DNA of 64,000 bases from an uncultured cyanobacterium (GCA_963697335.1 CAVONQ010000005.1:32001-96000), one strand, 5' to 3'; shown: positions 10,627 to 20,871, numbered from the stretch's first letter. The notes: a model not told the origin generated them from the letters alone. Numbers and translations: made by a program.

Positions 10627-11296
10627 TCAACCGGCGAGTCCGCGCTCGAGCTGATCGAGGCGGCGGCGCACGTCCTGGAGGTCCTGCCAGGTGAGCCACT
10701 TGGGGCTGCCCTGCTCCCGGGAGGGATTGCGCAGCAGATAGGAGGGGTGAAAGATCGGCATCAGCCAGCGCCCCTGCAGCACCCCATCGCGGCCCTGGCG
10801 CCACTGGCCCCGCAGCCGCGTGATCCCCCCCTTCACCCCCAGCACCCCTTCCATGGCCGTGGCCCCGGCCAGCAGGATCACCCCGGGATCCACCAGGGCG
10901 ATCTGGCGCTCCAGCCACGGCAGGCAGGCGGCCATCTCCTCGCCAGTGGGTTTGCGGTTCTCTGGAGGACGGCACTTCACCACATTGCCGATGTAGGCGT
11001 CGCGGTTGGAATCGATGCCCACGCTGCTGAGCATCTGATCGAGCAACTGGCCGGCCCGGCCCACGAAGGGCCGGCCACTGGCGTCTTCCTGGGCGCCGGG
11101 GCCCTCGCCCACCACCATCAGGCGGGCGTCCGGATTGCCGCGGCTCACCACCACCTGCTGACGGCCCGCCGCCAGGCCGCAGCGGCGGCAGGCAGCGCAA
11201 GCCACCGCCACGTCCTCCAGCCCCAGCTGGCTGGCTTCAGCCTGCGGGGGGGGAGCTCGGGCTGAAGAGATCCGGCTGCTGGGCCTCTCCGGTCAT
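10627..11296 (-). CDS. Uracil-DNA glycosylase family 4; N-terminus out of frame at G8 tract 11246-11253
   Basis: CxxCxL Fe-S motif, GEGPG..GRPFVGRAG, KCRPPENR, FHPSY; MTGEAQQPDLF joins the frame if one base is removed. Confidence 0.92.
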
Positions 11297-11499
11297 GGGC
11301 GGCAAGGCAGGGGAAGGGCGTGGCCATCCTGTGACAGAGCTGGACAAAACAGGCGGTTTCGTGCCAGCTCGAACCTCCTGGCGGGGGAAGGGTGTTGCAG
11401 GATGGCCCCCTGATGTAGCCGAGCTCACCAAATGCCGGCCCAACGCCGATGCCGAACCCTGGGATGTTGGCCACTGCGGCCCCGACGACGGCCCTGACG

Positions 11500-12732
11500 A
11501 TGGCCGTTCCGCTCCACCCATCCCTCGATTCCACGGCGCCGCCCATTCAGCGCCGGGCGGAAGCCCTCCAGCTCTCCCAACGGGCCAGGGCCCTGCAGCC
11601 CTCCCTCACCCTCGCCATCGCCGCCAAGGCGCGGCAGTTGAAGGCCGATGGCCAGGACATCTGCAGCCTCAGTGCCGGCGAACCGGACTTCGACACCCCC
11701 GCCTTCATCCGCCAGGCGGCGGCCCAGGCCCTTGAAGCGGGTCACACCCGCTACGGCCCCGCCGCCGGGGAACTCGCCCTGAGGGAGGCCATCGCCAGCA
11801 AGCTCACCCAGGAGAACGGGGTGCCCACCGGCAGTGGCCAGGTGCTGGTCACCAACGGCGGCAAGCAGGCTCTCTTCAACCTGTTCCAGGTGCTGCTCGA
11901 TCCCGGCGATGAGGTGCTGCTGCCGGCGCCCTACTGGCTGAGCTACCCCGAGATCGCACGCCTGGCCGGAGCCAGCGTCACCGTGCTGCCCTGTGAGGCC
12001 GCCGCTGGCTTCCGACTCGACCCCCAGCAGCTGGAGCAGGCAATCAGCCCAGCCACCAGGCTGCTGGTGCTGAACAGCCCCGGCAATCCCACCGGAATCG
12101 TGATCAGCCGCGGTGAACTGGAGCAGCTGGCCGCGGTGCTGCGCCGCCATCCCCGGGTGGCCGTGGTGTGCGATGAGATCTACGAATACCTGCTGGCTCC
12201 CGGCCTGGTCCACCACAGCCTGGCCGCCGTGGCCCCCGACCTGGCCGATCGGATCTTCATCGTCAACGGCTTTGCCAAGGGCTGGGCCATGACCGGCTGG
12301 CGGGTCGGCTGGCTGGCCGGCGCCGAGGCGGTGATCAAAGCCGCCTCAGCGCTGCAGAGCCAGTCCACCAGCAACGTCTGCAGCTTCGCCCAGTTCGGCG
12401 CCCTGGCGGCCCTGCAAGGCCCCCGCGACTGTGTGCAGGCCATGGCGGCCGAGTTCAACCGCCGGCGCAGCCTGCTCAGCGAGGGCCTGCGCCGCCTGCC
12501 CGGGGTCACCCTGCCCGAGCCCCAGGGCGCCTTCTACGCCTTCCCGGATGTGAGCGCCTGCGGGCTCGACTCCATGACCCTCTGCGACCGCCTGCTCGAC
12601 GATGTGGGGCTGGCCGTGGTTCCCGGCGTGGCCTTCGGCGACGATCGCTGCATCCGCCTCTCCTGCGCCGCCTCCCCGGCGGCGATCGAGGATGGTCTGC
12701 GGCGCCTGGAGCGCTTCTTCGCGACGCTCTGA
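11500..12732 (+). CDS. aspC: PLP-dependent aspartate aminotransferase (class I/II)
   Basis: GEPDF, NSPGNPTG, DEIY, FAKGWAMTGWRVG; start approximate. Confidence 0.9.
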   Translation: MAVPLHPSLDSTAPPIQRRAEALQLSQRARALQPSLTLAIAAKARQLKADGQDICSLSAGEPDFDTPAFIRQAAAQALEAGHTRYGPAAGELALREAIASKLTQENGVPTGSGQVLVTNGGKQALFNLFQVLLDPGDEVLLPAPYWLSYPEIARLAGASVTVLPCEAAAGFRLDPQQLEQAISPATRLLVLNSPGNPTGIVISRGELEQLAAVLRRHPRVAVVCDEIYEYLLAPGLVHHSLAAVAPDLADRIFIVNGFAKGWAMTGWRVGWLAGAEAVIKAASALQSQSTSNVCSFAQFGALAALQGPRDCVQAMAAEFNRRRSLLSEGLRRLPGVTLPEPQGAFYAFPDVSACGLDSMTLCDRLLDDVGLAVVPGVAFGDDRCIRLSCAASPAAIEDGLRRLERFFATL

Positions 12733-12788
12733 CCACGGGTCTGAAGACGGGAGGGCAGGATCATCGAGTCGTTGCCTTCCCCGGACCC

Positions 12789-13745
12789 TTGACCACCCGA
12801 GAACGCTGGGCCGTTGCGCTTGCCGGCCTCCTCCTGATCGGCCTGCTGCCAACGGCCTGCACCCCCCGCCCCGACGGCGCCACGGCCCCGGACGGCGGCA
12901 GCAGCGAGGCCTCCCGGCCCAACGAGAAACGGGTGCTGCGCATCAGCGCCATCCCCGATCAGAACCCTGAGAAACTCAACCGCCTCTACGGCCTCGTGGC
13001 CGAGGAGCTGAGCGAGCAGCTCAAGGTGCCCGTGCGCTTCGTGCCCGTCACCGACTACACCGCCGCCGTGAGTGCCTTCCGCACCGGCGACCTGGATCTG
13101 GTGTGGTTCGGCGGCCTCACCGGCGTGCAGGCCTGGCTGCAGAAACCCGGCGCCCGGGCCCTGGCCCAGCGCGACATCGACCGCTCCTTCCACAGCGTGT
13201 TCATCGCCAACCCGAACAGCGGCCTCAAGCCCTTCAGCGCCCAGAGCGACCTGAAGCAACTCAAGGGCAAGCGGTTCACGTTCGGCTCGGAAAGTTCCAC
13301 CTCCGGCCGGCTGATGCCCCAATACTTCCTCAACCAGGCGGGCGTGCAGCTGGGCGACTTCGCCGGCGGCAACCCGGGCTTCAGCGGCAGCCACGACGCC
13401 CTGATCGCCCTGGTGCAGAGCGGCACCTACGACGCCGGAGTGGTGAACGAGCAGGTGTGGCGCAGCCGGATCGAGGAGGGCAAGGTGGACACCACGAAGG
13501 TGGTGGAGCTGTGGCGCACCCCGGGCTACGCCAACTACACCTGGGTGGTGCAACCCAGCCTCGACAAGGATTACGGCGAGGGCTTCACCAAACGGCTGGA
13601 GCAGGCCTTCACCGGCCTCGACCCCAAGGATCCCCGCCAGGCTCAGATCCTGGAGCTGTTCGGTGCCGACACGTTCGTACCCGCCACCAACGCGCAGTAC
13701 GAGGCGATCGAGGCGGTGGGGCGCCAGGTGGGCAAGATCCGCTGA
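12789..13745 (+). CDS. PhnD-like ABC substrate-binding lipoprotein, putative selenate-transporter subfamily
   Basis: Lipobox LPTAC; ISAIPDQ, LVWFGGLTGVQA, TFGSESSTSGRLMP, FSGSHD. Confidence 0.85.
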   Translation: MTTRERWAVALAGLLLIGLLPTACTPRPDGATAPDGGSSEASRPNEKRVLRISAIPDQNPEKLNRLYGLVAEELSEQLKVPVRFVPVTDYTAAVSAFRTGDLDLVWFGGLTGVQAWLQKPGARALAQRDIDRSFHSVFIANPNSGLKPFSAQSDLKQLKGKRFTFGSESSTSGRLMPQYFLNQAGVQLGDFAGGNPGFSGSHDALIALVQSGTYDAGVVNEQVWRSRIEEGKVDTTKVVELWRTPGYANYTWVVQPSLDKDYGEGFTKRLEQAFTGLDPKDPRQAQILELFGADTFVPATNAQYEAIEAVGRQVGKIR

Positions 13746-14500
13746 TGGATCCCTCCTGGGTGCTGGAGCTGCAGGACGTGACCGTGCCTGGCCGCGGCCG
13801 ACCTCGCCTCGCGGCGCTGACGCTGCGACTGCAACCGGGCGAGCGCGTGGCCCTGCTGGGCCCGAGCGGCGCCGGCAAGAGCACCCTGCTCAGCGTGGCC
13901 AATGGCCTGCTGCAGCCCAGCGCCGGTGAGGTGCGCTGGCAGGGGCGGCCCCTGGCCCGCTCCCGCCGCGCCCGCCGCCTGCAGCAGGCCCGCATCGGCA
14001 CCCTCTGGCAGGACCTGCGCCTGATCGAGGAGCTCAGCGTGCAGCAGAACCTCAATGCCGGCCGGCTGGCCGTCTGGGGCTGGCCGCGGGCGCTGCTGAA
14101 CCTGCTGCTGCCCCTGGAGAGCGCCGCCTGCGGCGCCCTGATGGCCCGCCTGGATCTCGATCCTGCCCTGCTGGAGCAGCCCGTGGCCCGGCTCTCGGGA
14201 GGCCAGCGGCAGCGGGTGGCCCTGGCCCGCTTGCTGCGCCAGGAGCCGGTGCTGCTGCTGGCCGATGAGCCCCTGGCCAGCCTTGACCCCCGGCTGGCCG
14301 AAGACCTCCTGCGCCTGCTGCTGGAGCAGGGCCTCGAGCCCCGCGCCCTGCTGCTGAGCCTGCACCGCCCGGACCTGGTGGCTGGCTTCGACCGCGTGCT
14401 GGGGCTGCGCCAGGGCCGGCTGGCCTTCGACCTGCCGGTGGGCGACCTCACCAGCTCCCGACTGGAGGCGCTCTATGCCGAAGCGCCCGCCGGGCGATGA
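13745..14500 (+). CDS. ABC transporter ATP-binding protein (PhnC-like)
   Basis: GPSGAGKST, LSGGQRQR, LADEP; TGATG overlap with upstream gene. Confidence 0.9.
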   Translation: MDPSWVLELQDVTVPGRGRPRLAALTLRLQPGERVALLGPSGAGKSTLLSVANGLLQPSAGEVRWQGRPLARSRRARRLQQARIGTLWQDLRLIEELSVQQNLNAGRLAVWGWPRALLNLLLPLESAACGALMARLDLDPALLEQPVARLSGGQRQRVALARLLRQEPVLLLADEPLASLDPRLAEDLLRLLLEQGLEPRALLLSLHRPDLVAGFDRVLGLRQGRLAFDLPVGDLTSSRLEALYAEAPAGR

Positions 14501-16068
14501 GGAGTGTGGCCCTGCGGCCGGCGCCACCGCTGTGGCTGCTGCTGCCCTGCCTCGCGGCGGTACCGCTGCTGATCGCGCTGCCGGGCATCAGCCATGGCGG
14601 GGGGTGGAGCCTGATCGGCCAGTTCCTGCTGGGAGCCCTCCAGCCCTCGCTTGATCCCGTGGTGCTGCGTTCCGTGCTGGAGGGGCTCGGGGTGACCCTC
14701 GCCATCGCCCTGCTGGGCTGGGCCCTCAGCATGGTGCTCGGCCTGGTGCTCGGCCTCGCCAGCTCGCGACGGGTGTGGCTCACCTGCCTGGGAACGGCCC
14801 TGCCGGCCGGGCTGATCCGGCGGTTGCTGGCCCTGCCCCGCTCGATTCACGAGCTGCTCTGGGGCCTCGTCCTGCTGCAGCTGCTGGGCCTGCAGCCGGT
14901 GGTGGCGATCGCGGCGATCGCCCTGCCATTCGGCGCCCTGGTGGCCCGGGTGGTGAGCGATCAGATCGACAACCTGCCCACCACGGGGCTCGAAGCCCTG
15001 CGCTGCAGCGGGGCGTCGGCACCGGCGGCCCTGCTCACCGCCCTGGGGCCACCGCTGCTGCCCCAGCTGATCAGCTACGGCGGCTATCGGCTCGAATGCG
15101 CCCTGCGCAGCGCCACCTTGCTGGGGGTGTTCGGGCTGGGGGGTCTTGGCACGGAGCTGCGGCTCACCCTGCAGTCGCTCGCCTTCCACGAGCTCTGGAG
15201 TGGGCTGTGGCTGCTGCTGGCCGCCATGCTGGCCCTGGAAGCCCTGCTGGGATGGCTGCGCCGTCGCTGGGCGATCCCGGAGCGCCTCAGCCTTGGCCGC
15301 GGCGGCGTGGGCTGGCGGGGCCGGGAACTGCTGCTGGCCATCGGGCTGCTGCTGCCGCTGCTGCTGGGGCTGGCCTGGGCCCTGCAGCTGGACCCGGCCA
15401 GCCTGCTGCAGTGGCAGAGCTGGCCCCCCATGGGGCCCGCCGACTGGCCTGCCGTGGCGGCCCTGCCCTGGCTCACGCTGGTGGCCAATACCCTTGCCCT
15501 CACCCTCCTGGCCGCCGCCCTGGCGGTGGGCATGGCGCCCCTGCTGCTGCTGCTGGCCGAGCCCTGGCCCTGGGCTCAGGCTGCCCTGCGGGGGCTCTGG
15601 GCCCTCGGCCGCCTCTGGCCCCCGCCGCTGACGGCCCTGCTGCTGCTGTTCGTGCTGGAACCCGGGGTGGTCACCGGAGCGCTGGCCCTGGGCTTTCACA
15701 ACCTCGGCGTGCTCGGCCGCCTGCTGCTGGAGAGCGCCGAATCCAGCCCCGCCGGAGCCCAGCAGGCCCTGCGCTGTGCCGGGGCGGGGCCGCGCCAGGC
15801 CCTGCTCTACGGCCGCTTCAGTGGCCTGGCCCGCCCCTACCTCGCCTACGGCGCCTACCGCGCCGATGTGATCCTGCGGGAATCGGTGGTGGTGGGGCTG
15901 GTGGGCGCCACGGGCCTCGGCAGCCAGCTGATGGAGGCGCTCGGTTCCTTCGCCTACGACCAGCTGCTGGCCCTGGTGCTGGTCTACGCCCTGCTCACCC
16001 TGCTGGGGGAGGAGGGCAGCGATCGGGCCCGGCAGCGCCTGCTGGCGCCCCGGCCAGCGGCCGGCTGA
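14497..16068 (+). CDS. ABC transporter permease, duplicated PhnE/PtxC-type domains
   Basis: RSIHELLWG, YRLECALRSATLLG and YRADVILRESVVVG repeats; ATGA overlap. Confidence 0.9.
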   Translation: MRSVALRPAPPLWLLLPCLAAVPLLIALPGISHGGGWSLIGQFLLGALQPSLDPVVLRSVLEGLGVTLAIALLGWALSMVLGLVLGLASSRRVWLTCLGTALPAGLIRRLLALPRSIHELLWGLVLLQLLGLQPVVAIAAIALPFGALVARVVSDQIDNLPTTGLEALRCSGASAPAALLTALGPPLLPQLISYGGYRLECALRSATLLGVFGLGGLGTELRLTLQSLAFHELWSGLWLLLAAMLALEALLGWLRRRWAIPERLSLGRGGVGWRGRELLLAIGLLLPLLLGLAWALQLDPASLLQWQSWPPMGPADWPAVAALPWLTLVANTLALTLLAAALAVGMAPLLLLLAEPWPWAQAALRGLWALGRLWPPPLTALLLLFVLEPGVVTGALALGFHNLGVLGRLLLESAESSPAGAQQALRCAGAGPRQALLYGRFSGLARPYLAYGAYRADVILRESVVVGLVGATGLGSQLMEALGSFAYDQLLALVLVYALLTLLGEEGSDRARQRLLAPRPAAG

Positions 16069-17077
16069 GCCGCACCAGTCCCCGCTCCAGCACCAGTTCG
16101 GCCGCCTGGGCTCCGTCCAGCCCATCCAGGGCCACGGACTCGCGCCCCCCATGGCGGCCCAGGTCGTGGTCGTAGCAGCGGTCGTAGTAATCGAGCATCT
16201 GGCGGCAGGCCAGGGGCCAGTCGCCGCAGACGATCGCCGCCAGCGCCAGGGCCGTGCGCTGGGGGCCCAGCCGGCGGCTGATGCGGCGGGTGGCCTCCGC
16301 CAGGGCTTCGGGATCCTGGCTGCCATAGATCCGCACCAACTGCTCCACCCGCTCCTCCAGGGGCCGCTGCACCTCCAGCACGGGGGCCTGCTCCATCTGG
16401 CGCCAGAGACCGATCGGGATGCGGCAGCGGCCCACCTGGGCACTCTCGGCCTCCAGCCAGATCTCCGCTGCCCCGTCGAGGGCCGCCAAGGCGCTGGCCA
16501 GCAGGTTTTCGTAGTGCTCGCTGCTGGGCTGGGGCGGCAGCCCCAGCCCGCCGAAGCTGCTGCCGCGGTGGTGGGCCAGACCCTCCAGGTCCACCACCGC
16601 CACGCCGCGCCGGGCCAGGTCCAACAGCAGGTCGGTCTTGCCCGTGCCCGTCCGTCCGCCCAGCAGGCGCAGGGGCCAGGGCCGCTCGAACAGCTCCAGC
16701 ACCCATCGGCGGTAGGCCTTGTAGCCGCCATCGAGCAGCAGGGCCGGCCGATCGATTTGCTCCGCCAGCCAGGCCACGCTGGCGCTGCGCATGCCCCCCC
16801 GCCAGCACATCAGCCGCAGGGGGCCCGGCGGCAGGGCCGCCAGCTCAGCCGCCATTGCCTCCAGCCGCGGGCCCACCAGACCCAGACCCCGCAGCACGGC
16901 CGCCTCGCGACCGGCCTGCTTGTAGAGGGTGCCGATCTCGGCCCGCTCGGCATCGCTGAACAGGGGCAGGTTGATCGCCCCCGGCCGATGGCCTTGGCTG
17001 AACTCCGCCGGGCTGCGCACGTCCAGCAAGGGCCCGGGTTGCGCGAGAAAATCGGCCACCATCAGCCGGGGTGCCAT
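15995..17077 (-). CDS. mnmH: tRNA 2-selenouridine synthase (MnmH/SelU)
   Basis: Rhodanese DVRSPAEF..GH.PGAINLPL, CWRGGMRS; P-loop GRTGTGKT; DLEGLAHHRGSSFG. Confidence 0.93.
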   Translation of the reverse strand: MAPRLMVADFLAQPGPLLDVRSPAEFSQGHRPGAINLPLFSDAERAEIGTLYKQAGREAAVLRGLGLVGPRLEAMAAELAALPPGPLRLMCWRGGMRSASVAWLAEQIDRPALLLDGGYKAYRRWVLELFERPWPLRLLGGRTGTGKTDLLLDLARRGVAVVDLEGLAHHRGSSFGGLGLPPQPSSEHYENLLASALAALDGAAEIWLEAESAQVGRCRIPIGLWRQMEQAPVLEVQRPLEERVEQLVRIYGSQDPEALAEATRRISRRLGPQRTALALAAIVCGDWPLACRQMLDYYDRCYDHDLGRHGGRESVALDGLDGAQAAELVLERGLVRLSRPLAGAPAGAAGPDRCPPPPAG

Positions 17078-17182
17078 GGCGATCGCGGCGGCAGGGCCCC
17101 AATCCTCCCCGGCCATGGGCCGAAGCCGCCGGCACCGGGGTGCTGCAGGATCGGCAGCGGTTCCCTTCCCGGCCACCTCGCC

Positions 17183-17860
17183 ATGGGTCTCCAGGTTCCC
17201 CGCAAGCTGATCGTGATCGGGGACAGCGGCGTGTACGGCTGGGGCGATCCCGAGCAGGGAGGCTGGTGCGAGCGGCTGCGGCGGCACTGGATGGCCCTGC
17301 CCCAGGCCCCCGTGGTGTATCCCCTGGGGGTGCGGGGGGATGGCCTGGAGCGGGTGGCGGCCCGGCTGGAGCGGGAGGTGGGCTGCAGGGGTGAGCTGCG
17401 CCGCCAGAGGCCCCAGGGCATCCTGCTGTCGGTGGGGGTGAACGACACGGCCCGGGTGGGGCGCCCGGACGGTCGCCCCCAGCTCGACCCGGATGGCTTT
17501 CTCTATGGCCTGCAGCAGCTGCTGCAGCGGGCGGGCCAGCTGGCCCCGGTGCTGGTGGTGGGCCTCACCCCGGTGATCGAGGAGGCGATGCCCTTCGCCG
17601 ATGTGCTGTGGTACTCCCAGGAGCAGCTGAGGCGCTATGAGGGCCTGCTGGAGCTGGCCTGCCTGGAGGCCGACGTGCCCTTTCTGCCGCTGCTGCACCC
17701 CCTGCTCTGCGATAGGAGCTGGCCCCGCTGGCTGTGCGCCGATGGCCTGCACCTCAACGCCAGCGGCCACGCCGAGGTGTTTCGCCGCCTGCGCGACTGG
17801 CCCGCCCTCAACAGCTGGGCTGAACTGAATTCCGCAGCCGCGCCTCACCCATTCGGGTGA
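17183..17860 (+). CDS. GDSL/SGNH family lipase/esterase
   Basis: GDSGVYGWGD, GVND, DGLHLN. Confidence 0.9.
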   Translation: MGLQVPRKLIVIGDSGVYGWGDPEQGGWCERLRRHWMALPQAPVVYPLGVRGDGLERVAARLEREVGCRGELRRQRPQGILLSVGVNDTARVGRPDGRPQLDPDGFLYGLQQLLQRAGQLAPVLVVGLTPVIEEAMPFADVLWYSQEQLRRYEGLLELACLEADVPFLPLLHPLLCDRSWPRWLCADGLHLNASGHAEVFRRLRDWPALNSWAELNSAAAPHPFG

Positions 17861-17941
17861 AAGCAGATCGCTCCCGGCGGCGAGCCGGCCCCGCGCCAGC
17901 CCGCAGAGCGTGGAGATGGATCCCCATCCCCGTTCCCCGCC

Positions 17942-18835
17942 ATGCAGGCCAACCCCATCGCCCCTCGGCCCCGTCCTTCTCGCCGCGCCGTCTCCACCCG
18001 GCTGCGGGCCGCCGGCTCAGACCTCAACCACCACAACCGCACCCTGCTGCGCCGACTGGGCCGCTCCGGTCCCAGCGCGGTGCGGCTGCACTGGCGCAAC
18101 GCCCTGGTGGAGAGCAACCTGGCCCTGGTGCGGATGGTGGCCCAGCGCGAAAGCCGCCGCACCGGTCAGCCCTTCGACGAGCTCTGCTCCGTGGGCTACG
18201 AGGGGCTGGTGCGGGCCGTGGACAGCTTTGACACCAGCCGCCCGGTGAGCCTCAGCACCTATGCGGTGCCCTGCGTGCGCGGCGCGATGCTGCAGGAACG
18301 CCGCGACCGGCTGCAGCCCCTGCAGACCCCCAGGCGGCTGCGGGAGCTGAACCAGCGGGCCGATCGCTGGCTGGAGCAGCGCCGTGGCGCCGGGCTGCCG
18401 GCGGTGAGCCTGGCCGCCATGGCCACCGCCCTGGGCTGCACGCAGGCCCAGTTGGAGGAGGCCGCCCGGGTGCGGCGGGCCCTGCAGCTGAGCAGCCTGG
18501 ATGCGCCCCTGGGCAGCGACGGCGACGAGGGCGCCCCGCTATGCCGGCTGGACCTGCTCGCTGACCCCGCCAGCACCGCCTGTGACCAGACAGCGGACCA
18601 GGGCGATCCCCAGCTCGCCTGGCTGCGGCGGCAGATGGCCCGCCTCGCGCCCCTGGATCGGCAGCTGCTGGAGGGGCGCTGGTTCGATGGCCTGACCTGG
18701 AGCGACCTGGCCAGGCAACTGAATCTCCCCGTTCAACACTGCCGGCAGCGGGGCGGTGAGCTGCTGGCCCAGCTTCAGGGCGAGGCCCACCAGAGCCAGA
18801 GCGCGATCGCCAGCACCGCGGCCAGGGTGGTCTGA
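17942..18835 (+). CDS. Sigma-70 family alternative sigma factor (SigF/SigB-like, group 3)
   Basis: RNALVESNLALVR, GLVRAVDSFD..LSTYAVP..RG, SLDAP, C-terminal HTH. Confidence 0.85.
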   Translation: MQANPIAPRPRPSRRAVSTRLRAAGSDLNHHNRTLLRRLGRSGPSAVRLHWRNALVESNLALVRMVAQRESRRTGQPFDELCSVGYEGLVRAVDSFDTSRPVSLSTYAVPCVRGAMLQERRDRLQPLQTPRRLRELNQRADRWLEQRRGAGLPAVSLAAMATALGCTQAQLEEAARVRRALQLSSLDAPLGSDGDEGAPLCRLDLLADPASTACDQTADQGDPQLAWLRRQMARLAPLDRQLLEGRWFDGLTWSDLARQLNLPVQHCRQRGGELLAQLQGEAHQSQSAIASTAARVV

Positions 18836-19530
18836 AGGCCGTTCACCAGCTCGTTGCTGAGCCAGGCGAAGCGGGGCTGCAGGGTGGCTCCGATCAGGCT
18901 TTCCACCAGGGTGGCCAGCAGCCCCACGGCGGCCACCAGTCCAGCCTCTGCCCAGCCGGCCAGCAGGCCCAGCAGGAGCATCCAGGCAGCCATCACCACG
19001 CTGCCCAGCAGGCTGGCCGCCGTGCCCTCCAGGCTGATCGCCCCCTCGGTGCCGGCGGGTACGGGCCTCAGGCTGGTGATCAGCAGGGTGTGGCGGCCCC
19101 AGCGCTTGCCGATCTCGCTGCCACAGGTGTCGCCGAGCTTGGCGGCGAAGCTGGCGGCGAAGCCCACCAGCAACGGCGCCAGCCAGCTCATGGGCACCAC
19201 GGCCGTGAGCATGGCCAGGGCGGCGCCCGCAGCTGCCGAGCCCCACACGTTTTCGGGCCCACGCCGGCCGCCGCGGGCCTCCGCCAGCCCGGCGCGCTGC
19301 TTGTGGCGCAGGCCCAGACGGGTCACGGCCGAGCCCAGGGCCAGATAGCCCACCACGGCCAGCCAGCCCAGGGGACCGAGGCAGCCCCACAGCACGGTGC
19401 CGAGGGCGCCGGCGTGGACCCAGCCGGCGCGGGTGAGCACAGGCAGGCGCTGGGCCGCGGTGATCAGGGCGGCGTTGACGGCCAGGGCGACCAGCCAGGG
19501 GAGCGGCTGCTGGGGGGGTGGAGCGAACAC
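18775..19530 (-). CDS. DUF92 (TIGR00297) membrane protein; start uncertain
   Basis: RGPENVWGSA, AKLGDTCGSEIGK, GTEGAISLEGT. Confidence 0.88.
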   Translation of the reverse strand: MFAPPPQQPLPWLVALAVNAALITAAQRLPVLTRAGWVHAGALGTVLWGCLGPLGWLAVVGYLALGSAVTRLGLRHKQRAGLAEARGGRRGPENVWGSAAAGAALAMLTAVVPMSWLAPLLVGFAASFAAKLGDTCGSEIGKRWGRHTLLITSLRPVPAGTEGAISLEGTAASLLGSVVMAAWMLLLGLLAGWAEAGLVAAVGLLATLVESLIGATLQPRFAWLSNELVNGLQTTLAAVLAIALWLWWASP

Positions 19531-19672
19531 GAACCGAAGGGCGGCGCCGAGGAGTCGCGGCGGGGCTCCCCAGTGTGTGGCAGGGAGCCTGTGTTGCACT
19601 GCCCTAAGCAGCAGGCCTTGGCGGCACCGGTCCAACGGATAATCGGCGTCAGACGTTGCCGGCTCAGTCGCG

Positions 19673-20080
19673 ATGGTGTTCAAGCGCAAGGGCTCCTTCT
19701 TCCTCGACCTCACCGGCGCCGGCGACACCAAGGCCGCACCGGTGCAGGTGGCGATCGCGGAGGTTCCCCCCGCCACCCCCAAGGGCTCCACCGACAAGGC
19801 CCCCAGCAACCCCGCAGCCACCGCCGCTGAGCCCGGCGCTGCATCGGTCCCGGCGACCGCCTCCACGGAGGCCCCATCCCCTGTCGCCAGCCCACTCACC
19901 ACGGCCGAGGCCATCGCCGCCGAACTGCGGGCCGCCCAGGAGGCCCTGCCGCCCCCGTCCCAGGTCACCTACGCCCCGGACTGCCTCAACCCCGCCAACG
20001 CCCTGCCGATGGGCCGGCGGCGGCCCGGCGCCAATCTGGGCGTGTTCAAGGGGATGGTGTCGGAGATGTTCCGCAACTGA
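19673..20080 (+). CDS. Conserved hypothetical cyanobacterial protein
   Basis: FFLDL N-terminus and RRRPGANL..FK.M C-terminus flanking an Ala/Pro linker. Confidence 0.7.
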   Translation: MVFKRKGSFFLDLTGAGDTKAAPVQVAIAEVPPATPKGSTDKAPSNPAATAAEPGAASVPATASTEAPSPVASPLTTAEAIAAELRAAQEALPPPSQVTYAPDCLNPANALPMGRRRPGANLGVFKGMVSEMFRN

Positions 20081-20864
20081 TCCCCAGCCGTTGGCGCCAG
20101 GCCGACAGCAGGGTCGCGGCTGACACGGCGGCCGTGGAGGTGCGCAGGATCCCCTCGCCCAGCTGCACGGCCTGCCAGCCCCGCTCCAGGGCAGCCCCTT
20201 CCTCCTGCGGGCTCCAGCCCCCTTCCGGCCCGATCGCCACCCTTACCGGCTCCGCGGCACCCCCCGGCTGAGCTGCTGACGCCAGCGGCCCGCGAGCCTC
20301 AAGGGCCTCGCCCAGCGGCAGGAGCGAGGGGCGGCGGGTGGTGGCCAGCAGCCGCACCCCGCTCGTTGCCGCCGAGAGCCAGCCCAGGGCCGGTTGCGCT
20401 GGCAGGCAGTGGGGCAGCCACAGTCGCTCGCACTGCTCCAGGGCCTCGCGCAACACCGCCTGCTGGCGCTCGGGGCGGATCGTGGCCTCCGCCACGCTGC
20501 GCTCGGCCTGCAGCCACTGAAAGCGGTCGATGCCCAGCTCGCAGGCCATGCGCAGCATCACCTCCGGGTCCCGACGCGGCAGCGCCACGGCCAACTCCAG
20601 GGGCGGCAGCGGCGCGGGGAGGCTGACCAGGGGCTCCTCCAGGCTCTGTTGCAGCACGGCCCAGCCCTCCTGCCGACCCGAACCCAGCTCCAGGGCCGCA
20701 GACCAGAACTGGCCACAGCCATCCACCAGTCCGAAGGCCTCTCCCGCTCCCAGCCGCAGCACCCGCCGCAGGTAGTGCAGCTCCTGGCCCTGCAGGGCCA
20801 GACGCCCCTCGGCAAGCTCGAGGCGAGGGCGCGCCACCAGCAGCCGGCGCAGGTCGCGGGCCAT
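20046..20864 (-). CDS. rsmE: 16S rRNA m3U1498 methyltransferase
   Basis: HYLRRVLRL, ELGID, EALEQCER, IGPEGGW, LGEGILRTSTA. Confidence 0.93.
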   Translation of the reverse strand: MARDLRRLLVARPRLELAEGRLALQGQELHYLRRVLRLGAGEAFGLVDGCGQFWSAALELGSGRQEGWAVLQQSLEEPLVSLPAPLPPLELAVALPRRDPEVMLRMACELGIDRFQWLQAERSVAEATIRPERQQAVLREALEQCERLWLPHCLPAQPALGWLSAATSGVRLLATTRRPSLLPLGEALEARGPLASAAQPGGAAEPVRVAIGPEGGWSPQEEGAALERGWQAVQLGEGILRTSTAAVSAATLLSAWRQRLGISCGTSPTPSP

Positions 20865-20871
20865 GACGTGC

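Noticed and set aside
11337..11370. Hairpin GAGCTGG..CCAGCTC between udg and aspC
   Set aside because: Single imperfect stem without a U-tract or known motif; expected by chance at this GC level.
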